A stretch of 64,000 nucleotides of DNA, taken from assembly GCA_042577865.1 (NCBI GenBank), contig JBHPDN010000001.1, positions 9,192 to 73,191 on the forward strand. The letters are read 5' to 3'. Below are positions 55,633 to 64,000 of the stretch, one piece after another; position 1 is the stretch's first letter, and every line of letters starts with the position of its first letter. The notes beneath the pieces were generated by a model. The model was not told the DNA's origin, did not search any database, and worked only from the letters and a program-made list of their open reading frames with translations. Made by a program: the position numbers and the translations under genes. The DNA is from Nanobdellota archaeon. Its GTDB lineage: Archaea > Nanobdellota > Nanobdellia > Woesearchaeales > JAGLXL01.

Positions 55633-55905
55633 ATGAAAAAAGATTTCAAGAAAAAAGACGAAGGCAAGAAAGAAGGCGGCGAAGTCAGATTTTCGCATGC
55701 TGTCCCTGCTGAAGTCAAGGAAGTTGTCGGTCGTACTGGCACCCGAGGGGAAGCCACTCAAGTCAGAGTTTTTATTTTAGACGGACGTGACAAAGGCAAG
55801 ACGATCCGAAGAAATGTCAAGGGCCCTGTCAGGGTTGGCGACATCTTGATGCTCACTGAAACAGAAATCGAGGCTCAGAGATTAAATACTGGGCGAAGAG
55901 GTTAA
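55633..55905 (+). CDS. rps28e: 30S ribosomal protein S28e
   Basis: [60 protein letters not shown] matches S28e. The ATG at 55633 is preferred over the GTG at 55624. Basic N-terminal extension. Confidence 0.8.
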   Translation: MKKDFKKKDEGKKEGGEVRFSHAVPAEVKEVVGRTGTRGEATQVRVFILDGRDKGKTIRRNVKGPVRVGDILMLTETEIEAQRLNTGRRG

Positions 55906-55906
55906 A

Positions 55907-56095
55907 ATGGCAAGATGTTCATTTTGTGAAAAGACAATCAAGCCGGGTACCGGCAAGATTTACGTCAAGAAAACTGGAAAGATCTTTAATTTTTGCACTA
56001 TGAAGTGCGAAAAGAACTTGTTTAAATTAAAAAGAAAGCCGGCCACCACTGTGTGGACTAAAACTTTCCAAAAGGAAAAAGAGGGTAAAAAATGA
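55907..56095 (+). CDS. rpl24e: 50S ribosomal protein L24e
   Basis: MARCSFCEKTIKPGTGKIYVKKTGKIFNFCTMKCEKN (C4 zinc ribbon typical of L24e). 62 aa. Confidence 0.8.
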   Translation: MARCSFCEKTIKPGTGKIYVKKTGKIFNFCTMKCEKNLFKLKRKPATTVWTKTFQKEKEGKK

Positions 56096-56571
56096 AAGAA
56101 CAGACTTTGGTCCTTATCAAACCTGACGGTGTTCAACGCTCTGTCTCAGGTGAAATTATTACCAGATTTGAAAAAGTTGGCATGAAAATCATTGGCATGA
56201 AAATGGTCTGGGTTGACAAGAAGTTTGCCAAGAAGCACTATGCTGCCCATGTCCAGAAGAACTTTTATCCTGGATTAGAAGCTATGATCACTGAAGGCCC
56301 GGTTATTGCTATGGTCCTTGAAGGTCTCCATGCTGTTGAACAGGTCAGAAAAATGGTCGGTGCTACCGAACCAAAGACTGCTGCTCCAGGAACTATTAGA
56401 GGAGATTACGCCCACATGAGTTATGCTCAGGCTGACAAAAAAGGTGTGGCTGTCAAGAATTTGATCCATGCTTCAGGCAATAAAGAAGAAGCCAAAGCTG
56501 AGATTAAACTCTGGTTCAACTCAGAGGAAATACACACTTACAAAACCGTTCATGAAATGCACGTATTTTAG
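56092..56571 (+). CDS. ndk: Nucleoside diphosphate kinase
   Basis: TLVLIKPDGVQR ... GTIRGDY ... NLIHASG (active-site His). 159 aa. Confidence 0.85.
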   Translation: MKEQTLVLIKPDGVQRSVSGEIITRFEKVGMKIIGMKMVWVDKKFAKKHYAAHVQKNFYPGLEAMITEGPVIAMVLEGLHAVEQVRKMVGATEPKTAAPGTIRGDYAHMSYAQADKKGVAVKNLIHASGNKEEAKAEIKLWFNSEEIHTYKTVHEMHVF

Positions 56572-56585
56572 GAGGAAATAAAAAA

Positions 56586-58766
56586 ATGGCAGAAAAGATG
56601 GTCGAAAAAGTAACCCGACTTATGAAAAGTCCGAAACAGATTAGAAATATTGGTGTCTGTGCTCACATTGATCACGGTAAAACCACTTTCTCAGATAACT
56701 TATTGGCAGGCGCTGGTATGATGTCAGAAGAACTGGCTGGAAAAGCTTTACAGTTAGATTTTCACGAAGACGAACAGGCTAGAGGAATCACTATTGACTC
56801 AGCTAACGTTTCTATGGTCCATTCACATGAGGGCCAGGAATTTTTGATTAATTTGATTGACACCCCGGGTCACGTTGACTTTGGCGGTGACGTTACCAGA
56901 GCTATGAGAGCTGTTGACGGAGCTATTGTCTTGATTTGCGCTGTTGAAGGTATCATGCCTCAGACAGAGACAGTTTTAAGACAAGCTTTGAAAGAAAGAG
57001 TCAGACCTGTTTTATTTATCAACAAAGTTGACAGATTGATGAAAGAACTGCAGTTGACTCCTGAAGCCATGCAGCAAAGATTTGTCAAACAGATTGCAGA
57101 AATCAACAAATTGATTGAAAGTATTGCTCCTGAAGAATTCAAAAAAGAATGGCAGGTTAGTGTTGAAAAAGGCAGTGTTGCTTTTGGTTCAGCATTCCAC
57201 AATTGGGGAATGAGCTTGCCTTACATGCAGAAAAAAGGTCTTTCTTTCAAAGACATCATTGACGCTTACACTCAGGGTGAAGAAGCCTGGAAAGAATTGA
57301 AGAAAAAAGCTCCTTTGCATGAAGTCATACTAAACATGGTTATTGATCACAACCCTAATCCGGTTGAATCTCAAAAATACAGGATTCCTAGGATTTGGCA
57401 CGGTGATTTGGAATCAGAAGAAGGTAAGTCTTTGCTTTCCTGTAATCCAAAAGGACCTTTGTTCTTTGTCATCATCAAGGTTGTTGTTGACCCTCAGGCC
57501 GGAGAGATTTGTGCCGGTCGTTTGTTTAGCGGAACAATTTCCAAAGGACAGAATGCTCATCTTAATTTAGCCAAGACTGATTTAAGAATTCAGCAAGTCT
57601 ATATTTACAACGGTGCTAAAAAGGAGATTGTTGACAATGTTCCTGCCGGTAATATCATTGGTTTAGGTGGAATTAAAAGCGGTCTGCCTGGTGAAACCAT
57701 TACTTTAGAACCGACTGAACCTTTTGAAAAAATATCTCATTTATTTGACCCGGTTGTGACTAAATCTATTGAAGCTAACAAACCTTCAGATCTTCCTAAA
57801 CTGATTGAAGTTTTGCGTCAGGTTTCAAAAGAAGACCCAACTATTGTCATTGAAATCAATGAAGAGACTGGAGAGCACTTAATGCATGGTATGGGTGAAT
57901 TGCATTTGGAAGTCATTGAAAACAGGATTAAAAGTGAAAAAGGTGTTGACGTCAAAACTTCACCTCCAATTGTTGTTTTCAGGGAAACCATTTCCAAATT
58001 AAGTCCTGAAGTAGAAGGAAAATCTCCAAACAAACACAACAAATTTTACATCAAAGTTGAACCTTTGGATCCCGAAGTTTCCAATGCTATCAAAGAAGGT
58101 AAACTGCCTATAGGCCGTTTCAAGAAAAAAGACCTTGGAGTTGTTGAAAGTCTTAGGGAACTTGGCTGGGATGCCAAGACCGCTGCCAAAGTTAAAGAAA
58201 TCTTTAACGGTAACATGCTTGTTGACATGACCAGAGGTATTGTTCATATCGGAGAGATCATGGAAATGGTTATGGACATCTTTGAAGACGTCATGAAAGC
58301 CGGTCCTTTGGCTAAAGAACCTTGTATTAATCTTAAGGTTAGCTTGATGGATTGTAAACTGCATGAAGATACAATTCACCGTGGTCCTGCTCAGGTTTAT
58401 CCTGCTCTTCGTAGTGCTATCCGTGGTGCGATTATGCATGCCGGTCCTGTACTTTATGAACCATTGCAGATCCTTCGAATTGAAGCTCCTACTGAATACA
58501 TGGGAGAAATCTCTAAGTTAATTTCAGCCAAGCGTGGTCAGTTATTAGAGATGGATCAGGAAGGTCCTTTGACTGTGATTAAAGCTAAAATGCCTGTTAA
58601 TGAATTGATGGGCTGGTCATCTGACTTGCGTTCAGGTACTGGTGGTAGAGGAAACAGTTCTCTTGTAGACCAGATGTTTGAAAAGATGCCAATGGAACTT
58701 CAGGATAAGATTAAGAAACAGATTGTTGAACGAAAAGGTCTTTCTGAAGGAGAACTTGGATCTTAA
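56586..58766 (+). CDS. fusA: Translation elongation factor 2 (aEF-2)
   Basis: 726 aa. G1 AHIDHGKTT, G3 DTPGHVDF, domain IV diphthamide-region homology. GGAGG SD upstream. Confidence 0.9.
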   Translation: MAEKMVEKVTRLMKSPKQIRNIGVCAHIDHGKTTFSDNLLAGAGMMSEELAGKALQLDFHEDEQARGITIDSANVSMVHSHEGQEFLINLIDTPGHVDFGGDVTRAMRAVDGAIVLICAVEGIMPQTETVLRQALKERVRPVLFINKVDRLMKELQLTPEAMQQRFVKQIAEINKLIESIAPEEFKKEWQVSVEKGSVAFGSAFHNWGMSLPYMQKKGLSFKDIIDAYTQGEEAWKELKKKAPLHEVILNMVIDHNPNPVESQKYRIPRIWHGDLESEEGKSLLSCNPKGPLFFVIIKVVVDPQAGEICAGRLFSGTISKGQNAHLNLAKTDLRIQQVYIYNGAKKEIVDNVPAGNIIGLGGIKSGLPGETITLEPTEPFEKISHLFDPVVTKSIEANKPSDLPKLIEVLRQVSKEDPTIVIEINEETGEHLMHGMGELHLEVIENRIKSEKGVDVKTSPPIVVFRETISKLSPEVEGKSPNKHNKFYIKVEPLDPEVSNAIKEGKLPIGRFKKKDLGVVESLRELGWDAKTAAKVKEIFNGNMLVDMTRGIVHIGEIMEMVMDIFEDVMKAGPLAKEPCINLKVSLMDCKLHEDTIHRGPAQVYPALRSAIRGAIMHAGPVLYEPLQILRIEAPTEYMGEISKLISAKRGQLLEMDQEGPLTVIKAKMPVNELMGWSSDLRSGTGGRGNSSLVDQMFEKMPMELQDKIKKQIVERKGLSEGELGS

Positions 58767-58768
58767 AT

Positions 58769-58816
58769 CCCCAGAGGGGCACAAAAGAGCTTGGCTCTTT
58801 TCGTGTTTTTTTTATT
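58769..58816 (+). terminator. Transcription terminator of the L7Ae-to-EF-2 unit: two hairpins followed by a T-tract
   Basis: CCCC-AGA-GGGG (58769-58779), then AAAAGAGC-TTG-GCTCTTTT (58783-58801), then CGTGTTTTTTTTATTTT. Confidence 0.45.
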
Positions 58817-58892
58817 TTCTTTTTTTAAAAAGAGTTGATTCTTAGATAAAATGGGAATACAAGCAGAGATTTAAGTTAATAACTTAAAGTTT

Positions 58893-59426
58893 TTATTTTT
58901 CTGATTTTTTAGTGTCTTTACTTTCTAACAGATAACTGGGGAAAGACGCCCAAAGAGACTTGGCAATAACATTATATCTTGGGCTGCCGTCAATAGACCA
59001 GCCATCATCTGTGTTGGGTACACCCTTACCAAAATCATAATGGTGCGATTGTATGATGCGCATGACATGACGCCGATTTTTTTGGTGAAAGTTAGAAGCA
59101 ATCACCCCATATTCAACCATCTTTAAGAAAAGTTCTGCTGCCTGGTCTGCTCTTGCCAGTAAAACCGGATCTTCAGATTCATTGTGTTCCAACATAATCT
59201 CAAAAAGAGCCCGATGATAACAGACCAAAACACATTTAGCCATGTTAAACAAAGAAGATTCACCTGATTCAAAGTGTAACTTCATGACCTCATCATAAGC
59301 AGCCTTGAAATAGATCAAACGATGTTCATTTAAGGACAGATCCAAACCAGTGGGTTGGTTAAATTCTTCGATTTCTTTGATTAAACTTTCGAGTTCCTTA
59401 GGATTAGTTATCTTTCTTGGTTCCAT
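58893..59426 (-). CDS. Hypothetical helical protein (compositionally atypical; weak HEPN-like Rx4H)
   Basis: 177 aa. Local GC about 43-47% versus about 36% background, with frequent GCG/CGC/CCG codons. Contains MRIIQSH (R-x4-H). No other recognisable motif. Confidence 0.4.
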   Translation of the reverse strand: MEPRKITNPKELESLIKEIEEFNQPTGLDLSLNEHRLIYFKAAYDEVMKLHFESGESSLFNMAKCVLVCYHRALFEIMLEHNESEDPVLLARADQAAELFLKMVEYGVIASNFHQKNRRHVMRIIQSHHYDFGKGVPNTDDGWSIDGSPRYNVIAKSLWASFPSYLLESKDTKKSEK

Positions 59427-59427
59427 T

Positions 59428-60303
59428 TTAAATTTCAGTATTTTTATTTTGATAAAATTTTCTTTTGAGTCTGGTTAGCAGTGAATCATGGCCTCGGTAT
59501 GATTCTAGTATTCTTGACAGGAAGGCAGCGCGTTCTGGTGTCATTTCTGCGATTGTCCTTTTTTCATCTGCCTGAAGAAATTTGTAAGCTTCAGAAATAT
59601 TGTTTAAGGTACTTTGCAGGGTTACTTGCCGCATGCCTTCTGGAAGCGGTTCTCCTCTTGTGTATGCCAGTGCTCCGGAGATGCCCTGGTCTTCAGCATA
59701 GAACGAACAGCTTTTACCAAAACTTCCTAGAGAACAGGCGCGGGCAATGACCTCTCCTTCCTTAGGTATTAATACATAAATTCTTATTTTATTTACGCCT
59801 GCTTGTTTAAACATCTCCATATTTTGATTAAAGTCGTCTCCTTGCCCGAATAACCTCTCAGCAAATTTTCTTTGAGTCTCATTTAATAGTTCATAGTTGA
59901 AAGTGTGAATTTTAAAATAAGTTGATTTATCCTCGTATCTCTTATCTTCTATCAAGTTTAAGTCAGATATTTCTATTCTCAGTGTATCTTTTGAATTGAT
60001 GACGGACTGTACACTTTCTGTTCCTGTTACGAAAAATGCATCTGCCCCTGCTGACTTATTGGTACGGCTCTTTATTCTTCTTGTGTTTTCAAAGATAATA
60101 TTTTCTTTTCCTCTTGCCAGATAAAGTACGGGCTTGCCGTCTTCAACCATATACAAAGCAAAATCTGCTGTCCAGTAGGATTTATCTCTTAAACTTTCAT
60201 CAATTCTTCTCTCATTTGTTATTTCGTCAGAATGCTGGATAGTGTCCGGATAGAATTGCATGCATGTTTCAGTTAACCTATCTAATTTATCTTCTAAAGC
60301 CAT
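59428..60303 (-). CDS. Hypothetical protein (compositionally atypical)
   Basis: 291 aa. Same GC-rich composition. 1-nt spacing to the downstream gene, so an operon. No recognisable domain. Gly/Ser-rich segment SLGSFGKSCSFYAEDQGISGALAY. Confidence 0.4.
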   Translation of the reverse strand: MALEDKLDRLTETCMQFYPDTIQHSDEITNERRIDESLRDKSYWTADFALYMVEDGKPVLYLARGKENIIFENTRRIKSRTNKSAGADAFFVTGTESVQSVINSKDTLRIEISDLNLIEDKRYEDKSTYFKIHTFNYELLNETQRKFAERLFGQGDDFNQNMEMFKQAGVNKIRIYVLIPKEGEVIARACSLGSFGKSCSFYAEDQGISGALAYTRGEPLPEGMRQVTLQSTLNNISEAYKFLQADEKRTIAEMTPERAAFLSRILESYRGHDSLLTRLKRKFYQNKNTEI

Positions 60304-60315
60304 TTATTAATTTAT

Positions 60316-60690
60316 TTGTTTTGGAGTTATTTATATTTTATGGTTAAATTTATAATAGTTGGATGTTTACTTCTCTTTATGACAAAGAAAAAATATCCAG
60401 AAGGCCATTTTACCGGCATGTGGATGGGCATTGGCATTGCTATTTTTACTGGTGTTGGTGTTCCTTTGAGCATTTCTACAGGAAATTATGCTTTTTTTGG
60501 AATCGGCCCTGCACTAGGTGTTGCTTTTGGCCTGGCTGTCGGCAAGTCCATTGAAGACAAGCACAAGAAAAAGGGTTTGATTAGACCATTGACCCCTAAA
60601 GAAAGAAAAAGAAAACATATGGGGATTTGGGCTGGTGTGATTTTCCTTGTTTTAGGTGTCTTGGCATTTTTGTTGATGCAATTGAGGTAA
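60316..60690 (+). CDS. Small membrane protein (Gly-zipper-like TM pair)
   Basis: 124 aa. Two glycine-rich hydrophobic segments (GMWMGIGIAIFTGVGVP ... GIGPALGVAFGLAVG), basic linker, third TM. Confidence 0.4.
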   Translation: MFWSYLYFMVKFIIVGCLLLFMTKKKYPEGHFTGMWMGIGIAIFTGVGVPLSISTGNYAFFGIGPALGVAFGLAVGKSIEDKHKKKGLIRPLTPKERKRKHMGIWAGVIFLVLGVLAFLLMQLR

Positions 60691-60694
60691 GAAA

Positions 60695-60862
60695 ATGAAA
60701 AAGAAAAAACATAACAAGGCATTATTTCCAATGGGAGTTATATTTGTTGGTGTTGGAGTGGTGTTTATGATATCTGTCAATAAGGCATTAGGCATCGCCT
60801 TTATCGCTTTAGGTCTGATTTGGATGATCAACACACAAAGAAGTAAACACAAGAAAAAATGA
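60695..60862 (+). CDS. Small membrane protein (55 aa, paralog-like of upstream gene)
   Basis: MKKKKHNKALFPMGVIFVGVGVVFMISVNKALGIAFIALGLIWMINTQRSKHKKK. Not in the track (shorter than 60 aa). Same Gly-rich TM motif. Confidence 0.3.
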   Translation: MKKKKHNKALFPMGVIFVGVGVVFMISVNKALGIAFIALGLIWMINTQRSKHKKK

Positions 60863-61088
60863 AATACAAAGTCCATAAATTACAAATTAATTTAGCAAGG
60901 GAGCCAGATAGGTTAGAAAGCTTTTTGAATAGTTTGAAAGGAGAAGTTGTTTCAGTTATTCCTGATGTTCAAAGCTTTTTTTTATTTTACGGAGCCAAAG
61001 TCAGGACTGTAATTGTTGTTGAGAAAGTCAGAAAATAGATTTAGTCTCAATAAAAAAGCTTAAATAATCTCAACAAATCTTTCTTAAG

Positions 61089-61187
61089 ATGAAAAAACTC
61101 ATAAAGAAAATAATAAAGAAGCTGGATAAAAAGCTGGAAAAGAAATCAAAGGAGTGCGATTGTTGTAAAGAATGTTCCAAGAAATAA
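61089..61187 (+). CDS. Possible 32-aa Cys-rich micropeptide (CDCCKEC) overlapping the start of the permease gene
   Basis: MKKLIKKIIKKLDKKLEKKSKECDCCKECSKK. Ends 16 nt inside the next ORF. Speculative. Confidence 0.2.
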   Translation: MKKLIKKIIKKLDKKLEKKSKECDCCKECSKK

Positions 61188-62125
61188 TCTACTGGATCAT
61201 TTACCAGATATCTGGACTTCAGCCAACCACAAAACTGGCCCAGTCAATCAATTTCTTTATTTATGACACCATTAAAATCTTACTGCTTTTATTTGTCATG
61301 ATTTCAGTCATCGGATTTTTAAGGACTTACCTGCCTCAAAAGAAAGTTAAAAACTGGTTAAAAACAAAATCACCCTTTGGCAATATTGTGGCTTCATCGT
61401 TTGGAGCTGTGACACCCTTCTGTTCCTGCTCATCCATACCTATTTTCTTAGGTTTTTTAGAAGCTGGCATCCCCTTGGGTGTGAACTTTTCATTTTTGAT
61501 AACCTCCCCATTGGTTAATGAATATCTGGTTGTTTTGATGTTTGGCTTTTTCGGCTGGAAAATTACTTTGTTGTATGTTCTATTTGGTATCTTGATTGGT
61601 GTTGTTTCAGGGCTGGTCTTGGGAAAGATGAAGCTGGAAAGGCATCTGGTTAAAGATTTGGTGGCTAAAAAAATCGAAGATAAGAAATACACATCATCAA
61701 AGCAAAGAATCTATTACGGATTAAACGAAGCCAAATCTATCACTAAAAAAGTCTGGCTCTGGATCATCATTGGTGTTGGTATCGGCGCTATTATCCACAA
61801 CTACATCCCCCAAGAAGTCATCCAATCAATCGTCAGTAAAGGAGGTATCCTAACTGTTCCCCTAGCTGTTCTCCTGGGAATTCCAATGTACGGCAGCTGC
61901 GCTGCCATTGTGCCGATTGCTGTTGTTCTTTTTGAAAAAGGTGTTCCTTTAGGAACTGCTTTGGCTTTTATGATGGCTACAGCTGCTTTGAGTTTACCTG
62001 AAGCAGTCATCTTAAGAAGAGCCATGAAACTGAAATTAATTTTAATTTTCTTCAGCATTGTGGCTCTGGCTATTCTAGTTACCGGTTACTTGTTTAATTT
62101 CATTTTTAGGTTAAATTTATTCTAA
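61172..62125 (+). CDS. DUF318/ArsP-family permease (two-CxxC-type putative metal(loid) efflux permease)
   Basis: 317 aa. Signature TPFCSCSSIP in TM3 and a duplicated-half topology typical of the YraQ/ArsP family. Confidence 0.65.
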   Translation: MFQEIIYWIIYQISGLQPTTKLAQSINFFIYDTIKILLLLFVMISVIGFLRTYLPQKKVKNWLKTKSPFGNIVASSFGAVTPFCSCSSIPIFLGFLEAGIPLGVNFSFLITSPLVNEYLVVLMFGFFGWKITLLYVLFGILIGVVSGLVLGKMKLERHLVKDLVAKKIEDKKYTSSKQRIYYGLNEAKSITKKVWLWIIIGVGIGAIIHNYIPQEVIQSIVSKGGILTVPLAVLLGIPMYGSCAAIVPIAVVLFEKGVPLGTALAFMMATAALSLPEAVILRRAMKLKLILIFFSIVALAILVTGYLFNFIFRLNLF

Positions 62126-63606
62126 AAAAACTTACCAAACTGATTATACACAGTAATAATACTAAACACTCCAAAGAAAAGGAAGATCATGATCATCACT
62201 AATTTTCTCCATAACTTTGCCTGTACTGCTTTTGGCAGTACTTTGTGATTCATCCAATTTACTAAACCAAGATGCACAAACATGGCCACAGCATTAATGA
62301 CTGCTCCCACTACAATTAAAGTCAATGGTTCTTTGAAATTGAATAAGAAAAGTATAATTCCAAAAGCAATCTGCGCCCAGAGAAAAGTATAGTAAATTTT
62401 TGATAAGTTAATCTTTGATTTTTTCTTTATTTGCATTTTCTTGATGGCAAAATTTTCAGACATGATTCTTGAAGTTGAATCCAGAACACCTAATTGTGTC
62501 TGGAAAAGCATGATCGCTACAACTACTAAGAAAATAATTCCGAAAATAGGTGAAAGATTGCTGCCGATAAATGTACTTTCAGTAATCACAAAACCAATGT
62601 TGGCTGATTCAGCCACTCCTTTACCAAAAGTAGAGCTGTATGACAAAAGCATTAGCATGCACATGGTAAATAGACCCATGAACCAGAAGACAATGAAATG
62701 TTCTCTTGAAACTAATTTCCACCATTTTTTGAAATTACTGATGCTTTTCTTTGAAAAGTCGCATTTTTCTCCTTCTAATTTTAGTGTTTGATGTTCTTTT
62801 TTCCTGAAAAGTCCGGCCATTCTCTGTGAATATTTTCCCATACCGTATCCTTTTTCTTTGACGTAGATAGATTGTGTTAAGTTAAGGTTTCCGCCTGCCC
62901 CGGCATAAGCAAAAGCTGCTAGAAAAGCGGCTAAACTGATTCCTATTGGAAATAACCAGTAGCCAGTTGCTTGTCCTACCGGTTCGCCAATACCTATCAA
63001 TCCTTTTGCTAAATTCAACCAGCCTGCTTTTGTTGCTAAGATTATGGTTAGTATGAAAACAAAAGGTGTTCCTATCAATAGAACAGTTTTTGTTATTTTT
63101 TCCATCATACCATAAACAGTCTTTCCTAATGAGAGGATTGCTCCGATTATTAATAGGAAGGCAATAGCTAACCATTTATGGTCAGAAAGATTGAATAGAT
63201 GTGAAGCTACTTTTGCTGAAGCTGCGATAATACCTGGAATTCCAAAACCTATGAATGTTGAAAGAATAAACCAAGGTACAGCTGCTTTGAATTTCTTATT
63301 TAATCCCACAAATACAGATTCACCTTTTACTAGGGCGTATCGTTCAATTTCCATATTCATGAAATATTGGAAAGTGATTCCTAGTAACGCTCCCCAGGCA
63401 ATGCCTAATCCATAGACTGAGACTAGATATGGCCATAGAATTACTTCACCTGATCCCAAACCTAGAGCAAGAATAATAAAACTTGGCCCCAATAACTTCT
63501 TAAAAGGAATCGTTTTAGGAAAAGGCTTTTTCATAACACTTGTTAATTTATTTTCTTTTAAAAATGTTTTGGATAGAATCAAAGGTGATGAGATTAAAGT
63601 AACCAT
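62122..63606 (-). CDS. Nramp-related transporter, divergent metal-binding motif
   Basis: LGPSFIILALGLGSGEVILWPYLVSVYGLGIAWGALLGITFQYFMNMEIERYALVKG aligns to the MntH TM1-TM2 region, but DPGN reads GSGE. The probable true start is the internal Met at 63534 (MKKPFPK...). Confidence 0.5.
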   Translation of the reverse strand: MVTLISSPLILSKTFLKENKLTSVMKKPFPKTIPFKKLLGPSFIILALGLGSGEVILWPYLVSVYGLGIAWGALLGITFQYFMNMEIERYALVKGESVFVGLNKKFKAAVPWFILSTFIGFGIPGIIAASAKVASHLFNLSDHKWLAIAFLLIIGAILSLGKTVYGMMEKITKTVLLIGTPFVFILTIILATKAGWLNLAKGLIGIGEPVGQATGYWLFPIGISLAAFLAAFAYAGAGGNLNLTQSIYVKEKGYGMGKYSQRMAGLFRKKEHQTLKLEGEKCDFSKKSISNFKKWWKLVSREHFIVFWFMGLFTMCMLMLLSYSSTFGKGVAESANIGFVITESTFIGSNLSPIFGIIFLVVVAIMLFQTQLGVLDSTSRIMSENFAIKKMQIKKKSKINLSKIYYTFLWAQIAFGIILFLFNFKEPLTLIVVGAVINAVAMFVHLGLVNWMNHKVLPKAVQAKLWRKLVMIMIFLFFGVFSIITVYNQFGKFF

Positions 63607-63632
63607 TGATACTAAAGGGAATATTATTTTGG

Positions 63633-63956
63633 CTAAGCAGGACTAAATGAGTAACCAAGGTCTAGAATATTACTATTTTTTTTATCAGTAAGATATGTTG
63701 TTCCTTCCCCAACAACCTTTCTAAATGAAACTTCCTCATCAATACCCAATCCAGAAGAAAGACGCCGATAATGAATTTTTAATTCTGCTGGTCTACCCAG
63801 ATTATTTTCAATATGAAGAGTCCGCCCCACTGCAGTAATTTCAACTGGTTGGTTTGGTTCAACTAATGAATTAGAATAATTTATAAAAGATGCCCACGGG
63901 CTAAAAGCTATCAATAATAAAAAACCCACAACAACAACAACACCCGCGGTTCTCAA
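63633..63956 (-). CDS. Hypothetical secreted/membrane-anchored protein
   Basis: 107 aa with an N-terminal hydrophobic segment. No motif. Confidence 0.25.
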   Translation of the reverse strand: MRTAGVVVVVGFLLLIAFSPWASFINYSNSLVEPNQPVEITAVGRTLHIENNLGRPAELKIHYRRLSSGLGIDEEVSFRKVVGEGTTYLTDKKNSNILDLGYSFSPA

Positions 63957-64000
63957 TAATCCAAATGATTCTCTAATTGGTTTTTCAATTGGATAAGAAA

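Noticed and set aside
56275-56469. 64-aa minus-strand ORF inside ndk and similar small antisense ORFs within large genes (for example 12603-12987 and 23422-24111)
   Set aside because: They sit antisense to strongly supported conserved genes and show no motif or expression signal. Treated as chance ORFs.
1-64000. CRISPR arrays, reverse transcriptase/DGR, rRNA genes, additional tRNAs
   Set aside because: I scanned for regularly spaced direct repeats, YxDD-containing ORFs and rRNA-like stretches. None was found apart from the single tRNA-Ala. Cryptic DGR template and variable repeats cannot be fully excluded without computation.

Overview
This 64-kb window is AT-rich (about 35-38% GC) and gene-dense. 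It reads as an archaeal chromosome, with a small, DPANN-like feel. Supporting markers are a thermosome, family-B DNA polymerase, aEF-2, the conserved L7Ae-S28e-L24e-ndk cluster, ribosomal L10e and S3Ae, an archaeal histone, archaeal-type GluRS and IleRS, a CTP-dependent riboflavin kinase, an archaeal short TIM, class-III-signal (archaeal pilin) proteins and a PibD/FlaK-type prepilin peptidase. TTTATAAA-type TATA boxes sit about 25-45 nt upstream of starts, GGAGG Shine-Dalgarno sequences are common, and there is one tRNA-Ala(GGC). I found no rRNA, CRISPR array, integrase, transposase or reverse transcriptase. Most of the window is housekeeping. Things worth a second look: (i) a polyamine locus with speH plus an edge-truncated speE, and a second aminopropyltransferase fused to a degenerate AdoMetDC-like domain; (ii) an ORFan cluster of three genes (4.6-7.1 kb) with no recognisable domains; (iii) two adjacent paralog-like genes encoding coiled-coil proteins with a proline-rich tract and a C-terminal MinD-like amphipathic helix, next to an atypical eukaryote-like protein kinase; (iv) tandem HIT-fold paralogs whose histidine triad has the middle (nucleophilic) His replaced, one of them fused to an Ada-type zinc-binding domain; (v) a GC-rich (about 45%) two-gene cassette of unknown function downstream of EF-2, the best candidate for horizontally acquired cargo, with a weak HEPN-like Rx4H motif; (vi) a bona fide FabD (malonyl-CoA:ACP transacylase) homolog in an archaeal context; (vii) a 1417-aa parallel-beta-helix surface protein rich in N-glycosylation sequons, plus pilin operons; (viii) a GtrA/GT-C fusion overlapping a UbiA prenyltransferase; (ix) a cis-prenyltransferase (UPPS)-like protein with a degenerate catalytic N-terminal motif; (x) a 16-bp exact direct repeat flanking the TATA box of gyrB. 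All functional calls come from motif recognition by eye. No database search was run.
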